This document shows positions 48,350-56,345 of a stretch of DNA of 64,000 bases, piece by piece. Both the position numbers and the translations under genes were made by a program. The stretch comes from Alphaproteobacteria bacterium (GTDB taxonomy: Bacteria > Pseudomonadota > Alphaproteobacteria > RF32 > CAG-239), in the NCBI GenBank assembly GCA_045633945.1, contig JAZQZH010000016.1, positions 7,620 through 71,619 of the forward strand, written 5' to 3'. The notes below the pieces were generated by a model that was given only the letters and a program-made list of their open reading frames with translations, was not told the origin of the DNA and made no database searches. How positions within the stretch are numbered: the stretch's first letter is position 1; each line of letters opens with the position of its first letter.

Positions 48350-48856
48350 CTATTTTATCTTTTTTCGAAGTAAAATATATAAAGCACCAGCCCCCCCTAA
48401 TGCCTCAGAAGGGTTTTTATAAGCTAAAATCAAAGAGCCAACATCCTCTGAAGATAACCACAAAGGAACAGACTTCCTCAACACACCTTTTGTACTAAAA
48501 ATCTCATCATCAACACCTTTACCTGTTATAATTAAAACACAGCGCAGACCGCTATTATAACTAGAAATAATAAAATCTAATACTTTTTCATGGGCATCTT
48601 TTTCTGTTATACCATGCAAATCTAAAACATCATCAACTTTAAAACTTTCTCTTTTAAAACGTTTGGCTAAAGAGCCATCCATCTGGGTAAAATCATCTTT
48701 TTTAACAGGCTTTCCCTTTGATAAAGCACTAAAAGCAACTGTTTTATCTTTTTTATTATTTAGATTAATTTCTTTTTGTGTTATTTCATAAGTATACTTA
48801 TTGTGTTTAATAGGCACAACGCCTTTAACAACATCTTCCCAACATTCATCTACCAT
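48350..48856 (-). CDS. Smr-domain protein
   Basis: DLHG.T...A...V..FI......G.RCVLIITGKG Smr motif in the C-terminal half. Confidence 0.85.
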   Translation of the reverse strand: MVDECWEDVVKGVVPIKHNKYTYEITQKEINLNNKKDKTVAFSALSKGKPVKKDDFTQMDGSLAKRFKRESFKVDDVLDLHGITEKDAHEKVLDFIISSYNSGLRCVLIITGKGVDDEIFSTKGVLRKSVPLWLSSEDVGSLILAYKNPSEALGGAGALYILLRKKIK

Positions 48857-49997
48857 ATATATTCACCACAGAATCTTTTGGCAGAACAACAAAATATCTG
48901 CCAACATTATTCATTTTTCCAGCATACTCTAAAGCATTTTCACCATGTCCCCAAAAATAATCACCTCTTATAGCGCCTTTAATAGCGCTACCGACATCCT
49001 CAGCAATAACAAGTTTATTTAATTTTCCTACAGGACTATCGGTTTCTAACCACAAAATAGTTCCCAATGGTATGTACGATTTATCTACAGCCATACCTCG
49101 ACCCGCAAATAAAGGAACACCAAAAGCACCAATAGGCCCCTCAGCATCAACTATTTTATGAAAAATAAACCTGTTATTAATTCTCATGTTTTCTATAGCT
49201 TTTGCACCATTTTTATTAAGCCATTTACGAATTTTTGACATTGATGCATCTTGTGGCTTAATAAGTCCTCTTTCTAACAATATAGATCCGATTCCCCTAA
49301 AGTTGTGTCCATTATTATCAGCATATCCAACTCTAATCTTTTTTCCATCAGGAAGGGTTGCAACCGCTGCCCCTTGTATCTGCATTATATAAATATCAAC
49401 AAGATTGTCACCCCATAAAACAACAGGAGCATCAACCCCATTTAACTCAATATCTTTTCTTGTAAAATATTTAACAAGCTTCCCTTTTTCTACTCTCCCT
49501 AACAATCTTTCATTAGGCAGATTTATATTAAAATCTCTAAGATTTACCTCCACTAAATCATTAGGCTTACCATAAATTGGATATATATATTTATCATCTT
49601 TATAAAAACTAGCTCTAATTTCCGCTTCATAATACGATGTAAATTTACCTACATCACTTCCATCAAATAAAACCAAATATGGTTCAAAGTTTTTTTCTAT
49701 ATATTTCTTAATATCAGCCGTATTGTTTAATTTATTTATTTTTCTACAATGCTTTTTATATTCATCTATAGAATATTCAAAAACATCACTCTTAAATTTT
49801 TTTGCACTATTTGATTCTATTTTTCTACATACAGTTTTTATAGTTTTATCAAACAACAAAAGATCATCATTATCCCATTTTTTTAATTCAGAAAACTTTG
49901 TTTTTTTAAGACCAAAACCTCCTATATACTCTTTTTTATCAATAGAGCAAGAACTAGCCACAAGGCATAATAAAAAAACAAGTACACGTCTCAACAT
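48846..49997 (-). CDS. mltA: membrane-bound lytic murein transglycosylase A (lipoprotein)
   Basis: Lipobox LVASSC after the Met at 49997. MltA-type 3D-domain C-terminus (AEDVGSAIKG..RGDYFWG). Confidence 0.88.
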   Translation of the reverse strand: MLRRVLVFLLCLVASSCSIDKKEYIGGFGLKKTKFSELKKWDNDDLLLFDKTIKTVCRKIESNSAKKFKSDVFEYSIDEYKKHCRKINKLNNTADIKKYIEKNFEPYLVLFDGSDVGKFTSYYEAEIRASFYKDDKYIYPIYGKPNDLVEVNLRDFNINLPNERLLGRVEKGKLVKYFTRKDIELNGVDAPVVLWGDNLVDIYIMQIQGAAVATLPDGKKIRVGYADNNGHNFRGIGSILLERGLIKPQDASMSKIRKWLNKNGAKAIENMRINNRFIFHKIVDAEGPIGAFGVPLFAGRGMAVDKSYIPLGTILWLETDSPVGKLNKLVIAEDVGSAIKGAIRGDYFWGHGENALEYAGKMNNVGRYFVVLPKDSVVNIYGR

Positions 49998-50629
49998 TTT
50001 TTCGTAGAACACAATAACCAATTATTTGTTTTAGAATCTAAAACCTTCTCAAACGTCCAAACATCAGAAATAGTTTGAATATAATTTTCATCCCCTTCTA
50101 TAATTTCTCCATCTGCATTTTTCAAAAGATTAATCTGCTCACTAACAAACTTAACAACAATATTAACTTTATCTTCCACAAATCTAACGGATTCTATTTC
50201 AGTCTCAATAAAACCAATTAGGTCAGTTTCAGATGTTATGCCATTTTCTTTACGAAAATCAACAACGTTCTCAAACTTCTTTAATAGGTTTTTATTTACC
50301 AACATAGAAAGTGTTTTATTATCACCTTTGCTAAAAGAACTAAGAATAACCTCAAAAGCCTTTTGAGCCCCTTTTATAAAAGAATTTTTATCAAAATTAG
50401 GAATTTTAAATAACTCTCTATCAAGAGGAGTCATGTTGTTTATATCTCCCCCTTTATTGGTAACTCTATTTGTATTTTTCTTCATTTCCTTATACACACG
50501 TTCAAGTTGTTCCTTAGGTACAATAATAACCTTTGTGTCTTCAGCATCACTACCTAGCACGCTTTTTAGTTTACTAAAAATTACAACAACTAAAACCAAT
50601 AAAAATATAATATCTAAATATCCCGACAT
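49991..50629 (-). CDS. Tim44-like domain membrane protein
   Basis: N-terminal TM helix plus a C-terminal Tim44-like fold region (...DVWTFEK........WLL). Conserved position between secB and mltA in alphaproteobacteria. Confidence 0.8.
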   Translation of the reverse strand: MSGYLDIIFLLVLVVVIFSKLKSVLGSDAEDTKVIIVPKEQLERVYKEMKKNTNRVTNKGGDINNMTPLDRELFKIPNFDKNSFIKGAQKAFEVILSSFSKGDNKTLSMLVNKNLLKKFENVVDFRKENGITSETDLIGFIETEIESVRFVEDKVNIVVKFVSEQINLLKNADGEIIEGDENYIQTISDVWTFEKVLDSKTNNWLLCSTKKC

Positions 50630-50754
50630 TTACCACCTCTATTAAATTTAATATAAATATAAGCCTAAATATCTTTATTATCAACTATTATATTTGACGT
50701 ATAAAAATAAAAGTTTATATTATCTATAAAATAATTATATTTAGAGAGGAAAAT

Positions 50755-51198
50755 ATGACAAATAACAACGAACAACACATTGTATCTATTGTATCACAAT
50801 ATATTAAAGATATGTCACTTGAAGTGCCTGGAGCTCCAGAAATATACACAAAAATATCCACTCAACCACAAATTGGCATAGAATTAAACATAGATGTTAA
50901 GAAAAAAGAAAACAACATGTTCGAAGTTGTTCTAAATATTCGCATCAATGCAGATATAGAAAAAGAAAAATTATTCATTTTTGAATTATCATATGGCTCC
51001 CTCAATCTTGTAAAACTTCCTGAAGAGCAAGTAGAACCAGTATTGTTTATTGAAATACCAAAATTATTATTCCCATTTGCTCGTCAAATTATAGCATCAA
51101 ACCTAGCTGAAGCTAATATGCCACCACTATTACTTGCACCTGTTGACTTTGCTACAATTTATAAAACAAAAAAAGATAACATTATAAAGCCAAATTAA
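50755..51198 (+). CDS. secB: protein-export chaperone SecB
   Basis: YIKD.S.E.P.AP N-terminal motif and PFAR.II C-terminal motif; 147 aa. Confidence 0.9.
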   Translation: MTNNNEQHIVSIVSQYIKDMSLEVPGAPEIYTKISTQPQIGIELNIDVKKKENNMFEVVLNIRINADIEKEKLFIFELSYGSLNLVKLPEEQVEPVLFIEIPKLLFPFARQIIASNLAEANMPPLLLAPVDFATIYKTKKDNIIKPN

Positions 51199-51199
51199 A

Positions 51200-51667
51200 A
51201 TGAGATTAGCCCTTTTTCAACCAGATATACCTCAAAACACCGGAACACTGCTAAGGCTTGGTGCTTGCTTGGATTTACCTATTGATATTATCGAACCATG
51301 TGGTTTTATATTTAATGAAAAAGCCATGAAGCGCGCAGGTATGGATTACCTACACCTTGCTTCATATAAAAGACACAACTCATGGCAAGATTTTATTGAT
51401 TACAGAAAAGACCATCCAAATGAATACGGTCGCATCATTTTAATGACAACAAAATCAACAAAACCATACACAGATTTCAAATTTAAACCTAATGACATAA
51501 TATTAATGGGAAGAGAAAGTGCGGGAGTCCCAGAAAGTATACACGAACTTGCAGATGCAAGAATTACTATACCAATGAATCAAAACGCACGGTCAATAAA
51601 TGTCGCTGTTTCTGCTGTAATGGTTATAGGTGAGGCTTTAAAACAAACAAACCTATTTCCTAAATAA
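51200..51667 (+). CDS. trmL: tRNA (cytidine/uridine-2'-O-)-methyltransferase TrmL (SpoU family)
   Basis: LFQPDIPQNTGTLLRLGAC and RAGMDY motifs, C-terminal SINVAVS knot motif. Confidence 0.9.
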   Translation: MRLALFQPDIPQNTGTLLRLGACLDLPIDIIEPCGFIFNEKAMKRAGMDYLHLASYKRHNSWQDFIDYRKDHPNEYGRIILMTTKSTKPYTDFKFKPNDIILMGRESAGVPESIHELADARITIPMNQNARSINVAVSAVMVIGEALKQTNLFPK

Positions 51668-51808
51668 TTGTTTTTAACAACATTTTAAAATAATTAAAAA
51701 TTTTTTTATTTTTTTTAAATTTAGGTCTAGATTTGTTTTAAAAAATGTGATATAGTCACGATGTTTTCACAGAAAAGTTACAAACTAATCTAAGGAGATC
51801 ATTTAAAG

Positions 51809-52318
51809 ATGAAGAAAAACACCGTTGTCAACTTTAACTCTGGCGAGTATGTTGTTTACCCAACACATGGCGTTGGTAAAGTAACTAACATTGCCAAACA
51901 AACTATCGCAGGTAGTGAGTTAGAGCTACTCGTTGTTAATTTTGATAAAGATAAAATGACTTTACGTGTTCCAATGGCAAAACTTGGCCAAGTAGGTTTA
52001 CGTAAAATATCTGACGACTTAACAATGAAAGAAGCTCTCGCTACATTAAAAGGAAAACCAAGAATCAAAAAAATTATGTGGTCAAGAAGAGCGCAAGAAT
52101 ATGAAAACAAAATAAACTCAGGAAACCCTATTGCTGTTGCAGAAGTTATTCGCGACTTACATCGTAATGAAAATCTTGCAGAACAATCATATAGTGAGCG
52201 TCAAATTTATGAACAAGCTGTTGAGCGTTTAGCAAGTGAGGTAGCTATATATGATAATACTTCTGTTGAAGAAGCTAGTAAAAAATTACTAGAGGCTGTG
52301 TCAACTCGCAACCTCTAA
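51809..52318 (+). CDS. carD: CarD-family transcriptional regulator
   Basis: F..GEYVVYPTHGVGKV N-terminal Tudor-like motif; 169 aa. Confidence 0.9.
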   Translation: MKKNTVVNFNSGEYVVYPTHGVGKVTNIAKQTIAGSELELLVVNFDKDKMTLRVPMAKLGQVGLRKISDDLTMKEALATLKGKPRIKKIMWSRRAQEYENKINSGNPIAVAEVIRDLHRNENLAEQSYSERQIYEQAVERLASEVAIYDNTSVEEASKKLLEAVSTRNL

Positions 52319-52333
52319 CAAAATATACAATCA

Positions 52334-52362
52334 AAAAACACCCCTAAAAAGGGGTGTTTTTA
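52334..52362. terminator. bidirectional terminator between carD and eno
   Basis: ACACCCC-TAAAAA-GGGGTGT hairpin flanked by an A-run and a T-run. Confidence 0.75.
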
Positions 52363-52376
52363 TATACAAAACAACA

Positions 52377-53654
52377 TCATTTATTTTTCAAAAAATCACC
52401 AGCATATTTAGCTCTATCTTTCAGCCTTTCCTCTATACGAATAAGTTGATTATATTTAGCAACTCTATCTGTTCTAGATATCGCCCCAGTTTTTATCTGA
52501 CCACAATTTGTTGCAACAGCTATATCAGCAATACTTGTATCTTCCGTTTCGCCAGATCGGTGAGAAACAATAACTTTATAGTTATTGTTTTTAGCTATAT
52601 CTATAGTTTTAAGTGTTTCAGTTAATGTACCTATTTGATTAATTTTAATCAAAACAGAATTAGCTATCCCGTTTTTAATTCCTTTTTGTAAACGATATGG
52701 ATTTGTAACAAATAAATCATCTCCTACTAATTGTATTTTCTTACCCAATTCTGCTGTCAAATTCTTCCAACCCATACAGTCATCTTCCCCTAAACCATCC
52801 TCAATAGAAAAAATAGGAAACTTATTACATAACTCACAAAAATATTTAATCATTTCATCAGATGATAAACACTTTTTTTCACCAACTAAATTATATTTTC
52901 CATCACAAAAAAGTTCAGAAGCTGCAACATCTAAAGCTAAAACAACCTCTTTACCAATAATATACCCAGCATCTATAACAGAATTAACAATAAAATCTAA
53001 TGCCTCTTCCGTTGTTCTTAAATTTGGAGCAAAACCACCCTCATCACCAACATTTGTATTAAAACCAGATTTTTTAAGATTCTTTTTTAGTGTATAAAAA
53101 ATTTCAGCCCCCATCTGAACCGCATTAGCAAAACAATTTGCTCCAACAGGTATAATCATAAATTCTTGAAAATCTAAAAGATTATCTGCGTGTTTACCTC
53201 CATTTAAAATATTCATCATAGGAACAGGTAATACACACCCCTTTCCTTCTCCTAAATATTGATATAATGGAACTCTTAATTCATTAGCTTGAGCTTTTGC
53301 CACCGCTAAAGAGACAGATAATATAGCATTAGATCCAAGGTTTGATTTATTTTCTGTTCCATCAAGATTAATCATTAATTCATCTATTTCTTCTTGATTT
53401 ACTGCATCAATTTTTTTTAATTTTTCTCTTATAACATTATTTACATTATATATTGCTTTTTTTACCCCTCTACCAAAAAAACTATTTATATCACCATCTC
53501 TTAACTCAACCGCCTCATATTTTCCTGTAGAAGCCCCTGATGGAACAGATGCAACCCCAACTGCACCAGATTGCAAAGTAACCTCTGTTTCAACAGTAGG
53601 ATTCCCTCTAGAATCTAAAATTTCTCTTGCATAAATATCTATAATTTTCCCCAT
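52377..53654 (-). CDS. eno: enolase
   Basis: [19 protein letters not shown]-terminus, SHRSGETED motif, IKTGA.SR.DR.AKYNQL motif. Confidence 0.98.
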   Translation of the reverse strand: MGKIIDIYAREILDSRGNPTVETEVTLQSGAVGVASVPSGASTGKYEAVELRDGDINSFFGRGVKKAIYNVNNVIREKLKKIDAVNQEEIDELMINLDGTENKSNLGSNAILSVSLAVAKAQANELRVPLYQYLGEGKGCVLPVPMMNILNGGKHADNLLDFQEFMIIPVGANCFANAVQMGAEIFYTLKKNLKKSGFNTNVGDEGGFAPNLRTTEEALDFIVNSVIDAGYIIGKEVVLALDVAASELFCDGKYNLVGEKKCLSSDEMIKYFCELCNKFPIFSIEDGLGEDDCMGWKNLTAELGKKIQLVGDDLFVTNPYRLQKGIKNGIANSVLIKINQIGTLTETLKTIDIAKNNNYKVIVSHRSGETEDTSIADIAVATNCGQIKTGAISRTDRVAKYNQLIRIEERLKDRAKYAGDFLKNK

Positions 53655-53780
53655 ATTACCTCCCTTTCATTGTTTATATATATAACATTCCCAAAAACAA
53701 AAACAACAGTATAAAATACTTGTAAAAAAATAAAACAAAGAATAAACTAACATCAAACCAACCAAAACAGGAGTAAAAAC

Positions 53781-54245
53781 ATGTTTACAATGAAATGGCA
53801 CTATCGTTTTATGGAACTAGCAAAACTGATTTCAACATGGTCTAAAGATACATCAACCAAAACAGGTGCTGTTGTTGTTGGTCCTGATAAAGAAATAAGA
53901 GCAACTGGATACAATGGTTTTGTAAGAGGTGTTGATGATGAAGTTTTTGAACGTTTTGAACGTCCAACAAAATACGACTTTTTTGAACACGCTGAGCGCA
54001 ATGCTATTTACAATGCATGTTTATGTGGAACACAAGTTAAAGGATGTATATTATATGCAACACACTATCCTTGTACTGATTGCACAAGAGCTATTATCCA
54101 ATCAGGTATAAAACTTGTTGTAACTAATCCTTTGGTTATAGATAAAAACACCCCTCAAAACACTTGGAGAGATAAAATAACATACTCTGAACAAATGTTA
54201 AAAGAAGCAGGTGTTGAACTTCTAATACTTCCAGAGCAAAAATAA
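53781..54245 (+). CDS. dCMP deaminase (ComEB/CDA family)
   Basis: HAERNA zinc/catalytic motif and PCTDC zinc motif. Confidence 0.88.
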   Translation: MFTMKWHYRFMELAKLISTWSKDTSTKTGAVVVGPDKEIRATGYNGFVRGVDDEVFERFERPTKYDFFEHAERNAIYNACLCGTQVKGCILYATHYPCTDCTRAIIQSGIKLVVTNPLVIDKNTPQNTWRDKITYSEQMLKEAGVELLILPEQK

Positions 54246-54328
54246 AAACTCTAATACCTTTAAATTTTATAATCCGTACTTATATTGCAACTACGTTTTA
54301 CAAACACCTTATTTTTGAGGAGATGAAA

Positions 54329-54958
54329 ATGAAGGTTTTAATAACGGACGAACAATCATTGTTTAGAGATGGATTATCTTTAAGATTAAAAGAAATAAAA
54401 GAAGATTTAACAATCATACAAGCATCTTCTATTGCTGAAATGCAAAAAATTTTATCAAGAGAACCGTCTATAGATGTTTTAATATTAGATATAGATTTAA
54501 CAGAACTAAACACAATAGAAATAATAAATAAAATAAAAGCCACAACCCCATATACAAAAATTGTAGCAATTTCATCATCGGAAGATACTAGAAATATAAA
54601 AAAAATATTATCAAATGGTGTAAAAGGATATATATCAAAACGTTCTGATAGCAATATTTTGAGTGGAGCCTTAAAATTAATTTTAGACGGAGGCACATAT
54701 ATACCTCCAATCATGCTAAACAATGGATTAGATTATAATTCATCACCTCATCAAACATGTTTAAAAAAGAATCTAACAAACAGGCAATCACAAGTGTTAG
54801 ATTTGATAGCTCAAGGTAAGTCAAATAAACAAATAGCCTACGATATGGGAGTATCTGAAGCCACTGTAAAATTACATATAAACGCCTTGTTGCGCTCACT
54901 AAAAGTAAACAACAGAACACAAGCAGTTATTACGGCTCAAAAAATGGGGTTAATATAA
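54329..54958 (+). CDS. NarL/FixJ (LuxR-type HTH) response regulator, no kinase gene nearby
   Basis: Receiver residues are present (DE at positions 7-8, LILDIDL, conserved K in GYISK). C-terminal LT.RQ..VL.LI..G.SNK.IA....VSE.TVK.H HTH. GAGGAG RBS favours the ATG at 54329 over 54323. Confidence 0.85.
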   Translation: MKVLITDEQSLFRDGLSLRLKEIKEDLTIIQASSIAEMQKILSREPSIDVLILDIDLTELNTIEIINKIKATTPYTKIVAISSSEDTRNIKKILSNGVKGYISKRSDSNILSGALKLILDGGTYIPPIMLNNGLDYNSSPHQTCLKKNLTNRQSQVLDLIAQGKSNKQIAYDMGVSEATVKLHINALLRSLKVNNRTQAVITAQKMGLI

Positions 54959-55020
54959 AACTTAAAGATTATTTTACCTTTATAACCTAAAATAACATAA
55001 ACAACATACAGGAGTTTAAA

Positions 55021-55722
55021 ATGTTATATGCTTTTTTAGGTTTTATTTTAGGTTCTTTAATACCATATATAGCTAGACGTTTTGCAAAGTTTATGCCAGC
55101 TACTTTAGCTTATGCTCTTTATCGCATTTTTACACCAAACAAACAGGTGTCTAAAAACAAAAAAAATCAAAACCCAACCTATAAAAAATTATATCATAGA
55201 TATTTTATGCGTTCCATAGGATGGGGTGTTGTTTGTTCTGCTCTTTTATTTTTAAATTACACAACATCTACCTTAAACGAAACACCTTGGTTATCTTTTT
55301 TCATTATAATGTTATTAATATTAATGGAAATAGATAATAGAATAATGTACCTTCCAGACATTCTAACATCACCTCTTCTTTTAGGTGGTTTTGCTTATGC
55401 TGTATTCTCAGGAAATTTATTAGGTGAAGACATTATTTCTGCAACAACAAATAGTTCTTTAGGAGCAATTTTTGGATATATAATACCTGTTATAGCATCA
55501 TTATTACTTATAAAAAAGCATCCAGATAACTTTGGTGGTGGAGATATAAAAGTATTATCCGCAATAGGCGCTTGGTTGGGGATAGAAATTATTCCATATG
55601 TTATACTTCTATCCTGTCCAATATTCGCTATATCATGCTACATAAAAAAACAAAAACAAGGTGCATTTGGCCCATCAATAGTTATATCGTCGCTTATTAT
55701 ATTATTCTTGTTAAAACTATAA
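55021..55722 (+). CDS. A24-family prepilin peptidase-like membrane protein (no N-terminal methyltransferase or zinc-finger region seen)
   Basis: Polytopic. First Asp region EIDNRIMYLPD and second Asp motif GGGDIKVL. Confidence 0.75.
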   Translation: MLYAFLGFILGSLIPYIARRFAKFMPATLAYALYRIFTPNKQVSKNKKNQNPTYKKLYHRYFMRSIGWGVVCSALLFLNYTTSTLNETPWLSFFIIMLLILMEIDNRIMYLPDILTSPLLLGGFAYAVFSGNLLGEDIISATTNSSLGAIFGYIIPVIASLLLIKKHPDNFGGGDIKVLSAIGAWLGIEIIPYVILLSCPIFAISCYIKKQKQGAFGPSIVISSLIILFLLKL

Positions 55723-55751
55723 AAAAAGACCGGTCTTCCGGTCTTTTTTTT
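55722..55751. terminator. bidirectional terminator
   Basis: AGACCGG-TCT-CCGGTCT hairpin flanked by A7 and T8. Confidence 0.75.
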
Positions 55752-56211
55752 ATCTTCCAAAATTATTTTCTTTTTTATCTCCTGGTATCATAAATAAGAA
55801 CACCAAAGCAACCCCTCCAATGTATGGAATAAGGCTTATAGCAAACCACCATCCAGAAAAATTAATATCATGCAATCTACGAACACCTAAACCAACACTA
55901 GGAACTAAAAGTACCAAAAAATACAATATTGATAAAACTTCTAAAAAAGGAAAAATTGCAACCAAAAAAGAAATAATAAAACCAATAAAAATAGAATACG
56001 CAGCAAATATCCAGTATTTACAACGCGAAACTCTACCATCAAACTTTGTATATTCATTTTTCAAATATCCAACAAAGCAATCATTAAATCCTTTTAAAAA
56101 GTTTTCTTTACTAATGTTTTTAATTTTACCAAATTCTTTTTTTATATCTTTAGTAATACATAAAACAATTTCTTTAACCTTATTTATATCTTTAAAATCA
56201 ACTATCTCCAT
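55750..56211 (-). CDS. DUF805-family inner-membrane protein with a ~55-aa N-terminal extension
   Basis: FDGRVSRCKYW motif followed by 3-4 TM helices and RLHD.N.SGWW. Confidence 0.75.
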   Translation of the reverse strand: MEIVDFKDINKVKEIVLCITKDIKKEFGKIKNISKENFLKGFNDCFVGYLKNEYTKFDGRVSRCKYWIFAAYSIFIGFIISFLVAIFPFLEVLSILYFLVLLVPSVGLGVRRLHDINFSGWWFAISLIPYIGGVALVFLFMIPGDKKENNFGR

Positions 56212-56297
56212 ATTTTTTCTCCTTAAAAATATTATATATAAATATCTTTAGATAATTATTTAATCAATTCAAACAAAAATAAAAGATATATACAAAA

Positions 56298-56326
56298 ATC
56301 CCCGCTTAATTGGCGGGGATTTTTTT
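56298..56326 (-). terminator. intrinsic terminator after ppdK
   Basis: ATCCCCGC/GCGGGGAT 8-bp stem flanked by T-runs on both strands. Confidence 0.75.
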
Positions 56327-56345
56327 CTTGTTTTATGTTAGCAAA

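Noticed and set aside
54298-56251. 141-aa ORF antisense to the response regulator (54298..54723) and 143-aa ORF antisense to the DUF805 gene (55820..56251)
   Set aside because: In both cases the opposite-strand genes carry clear family motifs. These ORFs are shadow frames.
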